Notes under the pieces: generated by a model | Seen by the model: only the letters and a program-made list of their open reading frames with translations | What the model was told of the DNA's origin: nothing | The model's database searches: none | In this document: piece after piece, positions 26,896-37,700 of the stretch | How positions within the stretch are numbered: position 1 is the stretch's first letter | Layout: each line of letters begins with the position of its first letter | Made by a program: the position numbers and the translations under genes | Source: Owenia fusiformis | Taxonomy: Eukaryota | DNA length: 64,000 nucleotides | Assembly: GCA_903813345.2 (NCBI GenBank) | Contig: CAIIXF020000001.1 | Coordinates: 8,308,001 to 8,372,000 of the forward strand | Reading direction: 5' to 3'

Positions 26896-27761
26896 CAGAG
26901 GGGGAGAAACACCAGGGTTCAAAGATGACATACGCTTATAATTAGTGTTGTCGCGATTAATCGATACATCGCGATATACATCGCTACAGCTGATTCGGGC
27001 GATGCATCGATGTCTGAAACAAAACATCGATGTTTTTGAGAAAAATTAATTTGCTAAAATTCACCCTTTCTTATCTTATTTTGACGCAAATCGCATACCT
27101 TTCTCATGTCTTATTTCATTTTCCAATGTTTTCTGATATTCTTTTGCTTTAAAACTGTTTTAGCTAGTCGAAATGAACCATTAATCTAAAAAAATTACTT
27201 TCATTTCACCGTTACTAGAAGTTCCCGGATGTACCAGCGTACTCTTATTAATTTGTTCTGTTTGGTATTTTAGTGCATTAGCTTTCGGTATTTCAGTGCA
27301 CTTTTCTCTGACTTTTTCTCGATGTACATCGCGATGTGTATCGATGTTTACTATTGAAAATTGCCGATGCATCGATGTACGATTATGGCACATCGCGACA
27401 ACACTACTTATAATGTAAATCTGTATTGAGATGACATAGTCGCTGATTGGTCAAAAGTCGACAAACAAATGACGTCATCAATGGTGGTTTCAAAATTTTC
27501 AAAATACACTTAGAATATTATTATGTTCATTTCTAGCGTGTTAACCAATATCCACGGACTTTAAGGTCCGTGCAATATCATAGCTTCTCATTTCACATCA
27601 AGATAAGGAAAGGTGTACGGAATATGCCTTTATCAATTAAAACATCCCATCGAAGTGTAGTATTTGATTACTAGCCGATGAAAATTCAAACAACCGAAGG
27701 TGGTAATCAAGAGACGTAATTATGTCTGTCATCTTTAAACTCTGGGGCTTTCCCTCCTCTT
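26896..27761. mobile_element. 9-bp-TSD (Mutator-like) MITE family B, copy 1
   Basis: Ends CAGAGGGGGAGAAACACCAGGGTTCAAAGATGAC / GTCATCTTTAAACTCTGGGGCTTTCCCTCCTCTT; TSD TTTACTACT/TTTACAACT. Confidence 0.8.
26943..27406. mobile_element. hAT-type MITE family A, intact inner copy
   Basis: TIR TAGTGTTGTCGCGAT / ATCGCGACAACACTA; TSD CTTATAAT on both sides. The empty site is seen in family B copy 2 at about 28438. Confidence 0.9.
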
Positions 27762-28398
27762 TTTACAACTGAAAATTACCGTTGCATCGTACGATTATGG
27801 CACATCGCGACAACACTAGCTCTACGGATTGTTGAAAATGTAATAATTTCCCACAAGATGAGCTGGGTTTGGACCATCCAATGGAAGCTAATTCTTGGAT
27901 ATTTTTGTTTCCAGATAGGCTAGCTTTGTTTTACTTCGGTCCAAAGCCTTCTCTATATTCCGGCTTTGAGGAGGAAGATTGAGCTGCCTTAGTATTATAA
28001 ATATTGTAATTCATTGTGTCACACGCACAGTAAATATGGCATAATAATATGAAATATACCTTTATGTATAGATTTGAAGAACATCAGCTCACATCCCCGT
28101 CTGAATCTATTGTTATATTTGATTTCTTTAAGCGAGAATAATTTCAAATGTTATTCACGTCCAGAACCGGAAGCCATTTTTAGCTACAGCGAGAAAATTT
28201 CACCATGTGTCAAACTCCGAAATGAAATTTTGAAATATCTAAATCCAGACAAGCAACGCTTCATCCTAAATATGATTAATATTCTTAAAAATATTTATAA
28301 AACTTATTAAAAATGAGTTCTAGGTGCGTGTAGGTGCGTGTAGCACAGTACATACGAAATCAATGAAGTTTCGTCTAGCTGTAAGCTAGAGACTCGAG

Positions 28399-30769
28399 CA
28401 GAGGGGGAGAAACACCAGGGTTCAAAGATGACATACGCTTATAATGTAAATCTGTATTGAGATGACATTGTCGCTGATTGGTCAAAAGTCGACAAACAAA
28501 TGACGTCATCAATGGCGGTTTCAAAATTTTCGAAATACGCTTCGAATAATATTATGTTCATTTCTGGCGTGTTAACCAATATCATAGCTTCTCATTTCAC
28601 AACAAGATAAAGCAAGGTGTACGGAATATGCCTATGTCAATTAAAACATCCCATCGAAGTGTAGTATTTGATAACTAGCCGATGAAAATTCGAACGAACG
28701 AAGGTGGTAAGCAAGAGAGGTAATTATGTCTGTCATCTTTAACTCTGGGACTTTCCTAGTTCAACGTCGTTAAACTCAATAACGGCGTTCTTTATTATTA
28801 GGAATTTTCTTGGGGCCATTATTGAGTTTAACCTCCATGCTATTCTTTCCTTTGATGCAAGTTGTGGATCTATCGAAACCACTTTTCCTCGCTAATATGA
28901 CACTGATACTTAACAATAATATAAAACCACATTTCATCAGGCGATTTCACATAATATTATTGTGTTAAATGTTCATTTTTAATCGTAAAATGAGTCTTAT
29001 TCTTACCAATTTATGAGACGAATATTTCAACCGGCAATGTCTGTCTGTGCGTCGCCAAAGTAAACTTGGTCAGCGAAACGAAATTGTTCTTCAATATTGA
29101 TATTTATTATAACCATCCAGTATGACACGAATCTTTGCTTTATTGAAACAGCGCGTGTATTCACCCAAGTTTACTCTATTGTTATTTATAAAAACTTTAA
29201 AAAGCAATACTCGCAACATTATTGATGCATTTGATTACTGGTAATTTCAGCTCAAAGAAATATAGATGTCATTGATTGTGCTAGATTGTGATTGTGTTGA
29301 ATAATTGTGCCTAAATATTAAATTATGGTAATTGTTCATGGTTTTCTGCTTGCAAAAACGTACCTAGGAATACACTCAATTGTTTATAACTGGGATCATG
29401 TATTTTACTCAGCATACATGCTTTGTAACAATTGTTACATTTTAATAACTTCAATGTGGTGATGTATTGTGATAAGATTACATGTTACTTGTATAAGCAT
29501 GGTTGTTTTATTCCTAGCTCTTAAATGTATGATGTTCTTAATAAAATTAAACAGAAGTTTTGTTTATGCTATTTTATAAAACATATTTTTCTACAATGAT
29601 ATTTCATTTACTCAATGAGAGAAAAGTTAAACACATGTGTTTTATCACGATATTGGAGCAAGTAAATGTACTTTTAACCTATACTTCACACCTGATTTAT
29701 CTCGATACCTCCAAATCTGATTTTTTTCAAATCAACACTTTTCAGCTTTTTTCGATCTCATTACTCTAATGTTAAAAAATCTTACTTGATCGTCATTAAA
29801 CATTCAGTCAAAATGATGTCATACTATCTAGTATTTGAAATGTACATGTAAAAGTACATCAAGAAATATTGCTTCAAATATTGTTGATCAATTTTGAAAA
29901 TTTTTTGTTTTGGAAAATGTAAATGCTACTACGGAGAGATTCAACATATAAAGTCACAAAAAGTGAAATATGTTTTCTTGTATTGGACAGATAATATTTT
30001 CTTTTACATTATTTTAATTTGCATAACTATGTCATGCTATGTGACCTGAATGAGCCACCTGGTGGTGAAACTGGTAACTACCTACTCGCATCTGAGTTAT
30101 TACAATGGGAAATCACTGACTTTCTGGGAGAGAAAACTTTGGCACAATATATATTTAAACATGTTAAGAAAAATATCTAATTATTCAGTATCACATGCTT
30201 GCGTCTGTCCAAAGATGTTGAAAGCTTTAGCATTTTAGCCAGAAATTTACCATAATTCTGAAAATAAAACAGGAAAAAAAGTAGGAAACTTAATCATGTT
30301 TATCGCAAGCCTCCTACAGTATTACAATATTTTGTACTTATATATAGGATAACCGGGGTTCGTTTCGTTTTATGAACTTGTTTCGTTCAGTGTTGCTAAC
30401 GGCGGTTTATTCCTGAAAGGATTTGCCATTTCGATGTTACCGGAACCAGAACAGAGTTTTCTAAACTAAGAAAAAGCCTTCTCCCAACATTTTCATAATT
30501 ATACATCGATGAGGTTACAGGGGGGTATGTGATGATTTGTATTTATTCATAAGGTATGTATGCATGCGTTGATCACATTATTTCTGTAACGATACCATCT
30601 TATTACGGTTTAATTAGTTCCGCATGTCGAAACCTGCTGAACGATTAAATGATCGCATCAAGGGCAAAATCATCATGGAAGTTAGACCTAGCCGGGGCCA
30701 TAAGACAGTTCAGATAAGAAACGAGGCCCAGGCTAGGTCTGTTGTTGGACTAGGACTTTCCCTCCTCTT
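28399..30769. mobile_element. 9-bp-TSD MITE family B, copy 2, right TIR interrupted
   Basis: Same termini as copy 1; TSD AGACTCGAG at 28390-28398 and 30770-30778. Confidence 0.85.
28757..30752. mobile_element. 2-kb non-coding DNA element (family D), TAG...CTA termini, 9-bp TSD
   Basis: TSD GGACTTTCC at 28748-28756 and 30753-30761; short TIR TAGTTCAAC / GTTGGACTA; subterminal hairpins at both ends. Confidence 0.8.
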
Positions 30770-31214
30770 AGACTCGAGTAAGCTTTGTTTACCCGGAAGT
30801 TGAATTCAAAGTCATGGTGTGCAGCTTACCCTTTTCCATCAGTCTAGATCTCGTTGTCTACATGTGAACATTGAACATCAGCTGTCGTCATAATTCTAAA
30901 TGACGTCGTTATTCTTGGGTTTATTCTGAGTTTTCCAAAAATAATCTACTTTCAAAGTTTCAATATTATTCGGCAGTGAGTTCAGAAAGGTTTAACCAGG
31001 TCAGCCAGTGTAAGACCTTGACCTCGAGTGATGAACTATTGCCCCCTATCATCTGTCTGAAGAACTAAATTTTTGATTCAGTCTCAGAGCAATATCACAC
31101 TTTCTAGAGCAAATCACTGACTCAGATCACTCAATACTTTCTTTGTCTGACAAAGTTAGTTTTTTATATGTCTTAATGTTGTCTAATTAGCACGTAAACA
31201 CTAATTGATTAAAC

Positions 31215-31275
31215 ACCTGACGCATGCGCAAAAGTTGTTTACTACTTTTGAGCTGACCACGTGACCAACATGGTG
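31215..31275 (+). promoter_or_regulatory. Probable IRS proximal promoter
   Basis: NRF1-like CGCATGCGCA (31221-31230) and E-box CACGTG (31258-31263), about 450-500 bp upstream of the IRS ATG. Confidence 0.45.
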
Positions 31276-31712
31276 GAAAAAAGGACGAAAAAAAATTTGA
31301 ACGAGTAATTATAATTTGAAACAGCCAACATGAGTCCGTGATATACAATCATACGGTGGCATATAAAACCGGAATACATACTGTATGCGTAGAGAAAATT
31401 TGGGACACTAGAATTGCGTGATTCAACTAGAATTAAGAGGATATGTATGAAGTGCATACTTATCAATTGGCCTCCATTGACTGTACCCAGTCATTCACAT
31501 TGTCAAAATAATTTGTGTATTTTCCAAGACATTGAGGAACATATTTACATAAGGCTTACCTCCATCGACAGGTGCAATATATAGTTGTGGCGATATGTAT
31601 TTGAATCTGATCTACCTCTTACATATTCCATTTGTTCAACCCATTTCTTGAAAAGTGAGATTGTGAGCATTCTTTAGTCTGTTGTCTCGCTAGAGAAGTA
31701 TTACCATTAGCT

Positions 31713-34700
31713 ATGGACCACAAAAAGAGGTCAGAATCCAAAAAGAGCCTTTCTAAGCCAGGGGGAGATATTCGAAAGTGTGGGTACTTGAAGAAGTTGA
31801 AGGTAAGTTGAATATACTTACAGGGGGTGGGGTCATTGTGTTGTTGTTGTGTTTGAAAGAGTGACAATTCAGTCGAAACCTCAGGAAGGAAAGACATGGG
31901 GAATGATCATTAGATAGCAAACTAGGGAGAATTAAAAACAAGGAAGGCAACTAAGAAGGTGGCAGCTTGTGAAAGCTTGTGTGGCACCACACCTACTTTC
32001 TCTCTGGAGTGTAAATCATAAGAGAATTCATTGAGACATTGACATTTATCTTCCAATTATCAGAAAACTTTCTGCATTGCCTGTTCATATACATCTTACC
32101 TCAGTTGATTCTAAAAGCTTGTATCATTTCTGTGTTGATCGATACCATTGGCTTTCTCTTAGAAGCCAGTGTCGACTGTCGATACATACAGTCCAGCTTT
32201 GCTCATAATACAAGTTAAGTTCACAATTGTATTCGATAAATATGTCTCAAGGGAGTAGCTATTTTTCTTAAGATCAACATTTTTAAGTTTCAGTTTTTAT
32301 TTGGATTCATTACAAAATATTAACAAATTATAGTTTGAAATGCTTAGAATGCACCATATACAAATGTCAATTTTGAAAAATTTCCGGCAGTGAATCCCCA
32401 TACCCCCCTTTTGATTTCCTTCTCTCGCAGTATGTTTCATAGTAAGTCTTTTATTTTAAATAATACAGTTGTTTGAGACTTTTTAGAGGCCGTGCAAGGA
32501 AAACTAGATCTGGAAAGGAGTGGTATCGATATGGAGAACTTTTTGAACACACGTTTCTCTTAAACCAGTCATAAAAAAATCTAAAATTTTACACATCGTC
32601 AATTTAATGGTCATCTTTTGAATGGTAACAATATAATTTGAAAAATATATATATACTTTCATCTATATTGTTTTAGAAAACACATGTTTTGTTCTTGGTA
32701 TCATGTTTCCAGAGTGAAATGAAACATCTTTCCGAACCTCATTGGAACAAAATGACATAAACACAACATGTTTAGGTCTCTCAATATTGTAATTGTATAA
32801 AGGAAATTTTGGTTGATTTTAAAAAAGTATCTTGTTAATGAAATAAAAGGTTTATCTTGATTTTTATCTATTTTTGGGGGATTTTGTTTTAATTTTTTGA
32901 ATACTTTTTAAAAATCAACCAAAAATTCCTTTGTAGCTATAATATTAAGAGGTCTAAAAACATGTTGTATATATGCTATTTTGTTACAACAAGGTTCGGA
33001 AAGACATTTTATTTCATTCTCAAGAATTGGTAGAAAGGAGCAAAAACAATTGCACTAAAAAAAACAAAAAATGTTAACAAAAACAGTTATATAAAATATT
33101 TCTAAATAATCTTTGCATTAAATTGTTGTCAATCAGTCAACATTACATAAAATACCGTGTTTTTTACAGAATGTTTTCAATTATTGGTTTAAGAGAAAAA
33201 CATTGTTGAATTCAGTTCTCCATATCGATACCACTCCTTTCCTTTTTTTGCTGGAAATGTCGGGGAAATTCATTTTGAAAAAGGTGTACGAACCCTGTTA
33301 TACTCAAATTGAATAAAATAAAACAGAATTTGGAATATAACATAATTATAGTAAATGTTTTTCTGATTCGACATTTGGAAAGAGTATACATGTCATGATA
33401 TTAAAGACTGGATTTCCATTTTGGATATATTTTCTTTATGACAATTTCTTATATCAATTTGACTCCATGTCTTATGTTACTTTCAGACGATGAAAAAGAA
33501 GTTTTTTGTACTGCGTCACGAGATTGATGATCAACCAGCTTGTCTAGAGTATCACGATACAGAGAAAAAATTCAAAACAGGACATGCACCGAAACGAAGA
33601 ATTGATTTACCTTCCTGTTTAAGCATCAATCGTAAATCTGATCCCCGTCATAAATATGCCATTGCCATATATACAAAAGATGACTGCTTTTCTGTGCTGT
33701 GTGATAGTGAGAGTGGAATGGAGGAATGGCTAACTGCAATGCTAGAGATGCAAAGTGAACAAGTTGAAGGGGCAGAGCCATTGAAACCATTATTTGGTAA
33801 GTAATCTGACCATTGCCATAAACAGTTGTTTGTTACCAGAACTTGTAGCACAAAGTAACAATACAACCGAAATGATACTTTCATCAAATTCACCAATAAT
33901 TCATTCTGTTAATTTCTCTTTAGACAAAGGTTAAAAGTGAACCCAAGGTCAAAAACTACTTAGCATACCAGGGCTCTCCCAACATTGAAATCTCTGTCCG
34001 CTCTGAGGTACAGCACCTCCATAATTATATTAAAATGTTCCTTTAATATTTCTATGCACTCCATAAAATCCTCAATAAAAAAACATAAAAATTACAAAAC
34101 CCTAAAATGTTGTTTTAAAAATCCTCCACACAAAATTTTTTTAGGGAGAGCACTGTATACTGTATGCAAAGTCTATGTTTAAGGTCAGACATACTCATAA
34201 TATAATTGCATGCAACCGTCAAGTGATATAGTGAGGGCATTGACTCAGCAGTTGAAGTGACAATAATAATGGAAAAGTTGATAATATATCATAGTAAGAA
34301 CTGATTGCCCAATTATCATTTGATTTTCAAGTGTAGATTCTTCACTTATGCCTTGCTATGCTTTGAATAAATGAACAGTTTCTTTGAGATATTCTCAAAG
34401 TATATTTTTATTTCACCACCAAAAGTGGTGATTGTAATAGTCTTCAACTTTGGTGGTCAGCATTCGGCATCTGTAACCAATCTTACAACATTCATAACAA
34501 CTTTCAACTTACCAGACTGTTACATAACTACTGTTAAGATTGACTTCAAATTTTTACTGTGAAGATATGTAAACATGTTATGAGTTCAAATATATTTCTG
34601 CCAATACCTGTTACTAGAATACTCATGCATCAGATATTTTTGCGGGACGGGCCAGAAAAAAAGTGTGCGAAAAAAAGAATGAGTTTTTAATAATATCAAC

Positions 34701-37700
34701 TGGGTGAATACATGGCACATTATAAACCTGTTTAAGCCTACATTACTGCATATTATACTTTGATCAAAGAAAAAAGACAGCATTAAATCGTTCAAGAAGA
34801 ACTGTAAATTATTATCTGTTCGTAAGTTATACATATACAAGAAATAGGCCAGCAAAAATTTGAAATATTTGCGGGAACATAAAACATTTTACGATAATTT
34901 ACGATATTCCTGAGTGTTCTGACCTGATCCGAAATTAGTAAGTGGCTGTTTGTGACCCGACCTGAGCCTTCCGAATTCGGTTCAGTGTGACACCTCTACC
35001 TGTTACCATGGCAACAATTAAGTGGACTTGTAACATTTCGTAACCATTTGATATAGTTTAAGAAGCAGTGTTCACATGGACTTAACATTTTTATTGTCAA
35101 CACATATAGACATGTTCTGACTTTTAACATATTGTTGGCAGTTTCAGTTACCATGGTAATGAGAAAATGTAACGTTACCATTGAAACCGATTATTTGTTT
35201 TAAAACACTTCACATTTTTTTAATTGCAACCAAGTGATGGCATTTTGACATGTCAATGCCTTGTTATGATTGTTTTGAATAGATCTTAAATTTTTTTTGT
35301 TTGTATCATCTGTTTTTCTCTTGAATATTGCTCACTGAATTTGCCAAAATTATTCTTCAAATAGCTGTCTTTTATCTTTTCAAACTTTTCAATGGATTAT
35401 TTCTGATTCAACATAATTTAAGCAATTGGGCGTGGTACCCACCTAAAATTTTAAAAACAGGCTTGGACCCACCTGAAAATCTAATTCCACCCACTTGAAA
35501 ATGAGAAAAATCATGGAAATTAGGCATATTTTGACCAAATTTGGTTTGAAATGTGAAAATGAAATGCACCTACTTGAGAAAAAATCTTTTGGAGAATACT
35601 AATAATTGAAGGTACCAAATTCTACAACTGATCTACTTTTTAATGGCTTCTAGGTGGTAGAATCTTGTTTATGTTGTGAATCTTGGTATTCAACAAAAAA
35701 AGAAAACCCTGGTCTTTTTTTGTCCAAAACACATTTTTGTTGTTTTATTTATGCCATGGTCTTTCTATCACATTACATGTCAACAAGTCATTACAAACAA
35801 GAAAAATAATAAAAAAAATTAGATGCAATTATCAGTTATTAGAACCTAATGTTATCGCATCTCCCAGGTCTCATATTTGTCATTATATTAGCTTTTTGTT
35901 GTTGTTCATGTAAGGCGTGTACTTTGTGTTATTATCTGATCTTGTTTGTTTAAACATCTACAATTTCAAATCTTTCATCTCAATCATAAAGAAATTGCTG
36001 GAAATACTACCCGGAAAATCATGTCATGATTGTTATTATTATATACAGACAAAATTCTTTTCATGTAGTTGAGCAGTCTAGTCAAAACATGCTGACAATG
36101 TGTCCTAGTGGTGTCATTAACAAGAAAAATTCACTAATTTTAATGAGATTTTAGGATATTTTTAACCATTAAAGACTAACATTTTCTTCTATTTGATGGC
36201 ATATTTGAATTCTGTGTGTAATAATTTATCAAAACAACTTTGATTTGCACTGTTATTTACCTTTATTCAAATTATTCTAATGATTTTCTAAAAAAGGTTG
36301 GGCTAAATCCCCATTGACACAATGCTGAAAAACCTTTAAAAGTTCATTTGCTCTTACAAGGATTACAATTTCAATGTGAAATCACAATCCACATGTCAAT
36401 AAGATCACATAGTTACATTCCAATGATGTTTTAAGTTTTAAGATCCAAATGGAATTACTTCTTAGATCAAGAAATTAAGTGACACTGGCAATACATTTAC
36501 ATGTATTCTAGCCCTACCCTAGCCCTACCAATACCGATGATGCCATCTATTTTCCATTTATATGGAAAAAGGTCAATTCACCCAGTCTAATTACGATTCC
36601 CCTGTTTGGATGATTAATATCTATATTTTAAATATAGATATATTCTTATTTTTTTGTTTGCTTCTTTTATTACACATGGTTTAAGAAACAATTTCTATGA
36701 CAGTAATTGTTTTTATGGCACAAGGTGCACAAAGAAGTAAAAAATATAGTTTAATTATATTTGCTGGAATTACACCATGCGTTTTAGAAACCTGGTTTCA
36801 AAAATAGGTGTAATCACGATTGCAGTATTACAAAAGCGCTTTTCCAAAACTCCTAGAACCTTAGTCACTAGAACACTGGTGATCCACTCGATTACGCTGG
36901 TTACTGAAACGGTTCGTTTTGGTAACAAAAAAAGAAAAATCGTACCTTTGACGTTCTGACATTTTGTTACCAAAACGAACCGTTTTGGTAACCAGCGTAA
37001 TCAAGCGGATCACCAGTGTAGAAAACGCTCTTTAAATCATAAGGTATATCAAACAGTTTTTCCTTTTTTGAACTTTTTCATTCCACATTGATATAACAAC
37101 TAAACTGTCATACAGTAAAATATTCTATGTTGATAATTGGTTCCCCAGTATTGAAACAACTGCACGGAGCGGTAGCCAAACTGCGCGCATACTATGCATA
37201 GTATGCACACAGTTTGGTTACCACTCCGTGAACTGGGGGTAGTACCCTTTTCAAAATCTCATATTATGTGCTACCATGTTGAAAATCTGTCTCTGCCAAA
37301 AGGAGGAAATATTGAGCTATTTTGACTAAACCAGGTGATATTAGGATCAGCACCTGGAGAAAAAATCCTTTGGAGATCACTGGTCTGATGTTCTGAAGAA
37401 AATATGTTTGTCTTTTTATCGTCTGTTGTCTTACTGAGGAAATTGTAAATGCTTGTTTGTGTAAGGCATTCAACTCTGGTAATTATTAAGCATGAGCCAT
37501 TCTGAAACATTGGGAAAACAACACTGACATAATGACGGGAGGGGCAATGTGAAGATATGTGATTAAAAAAATGAAATTGTACACTTGTGAATTCTACAGT
37601 GTTTGTCTTAGTTAGTCACATTAAGATCTCGTCTAGAATTCTAGTGGGGACGTGGGGTTTGTATTATTTCTGATTTCCTAAAAAGAAATTATTTTGGTAT

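Larger units (their letters stand above)
25563..27818. mobile_element. hAT-type MITE family A, outer copy, interrupted by nested insertions
   Basis: Left end TAGTGTACTCGC, right end CGCGACAACACTA. The body pieces (26482-26895, 27762-27818) align with the intact copy at 26943-27406. Another truncated copy lies at about 25360-25549. Confidence 0.8.

Noticed and set aside
31595-31651. 18-codon uORF before the IRS start
   Set aside because: Weak context, unknown TSS, and expected by chance in AT-rich DNA.
36770-36973. Antiparallel ORF pair
   Set aside because: An artefact of overlap with the palindromic MITE.
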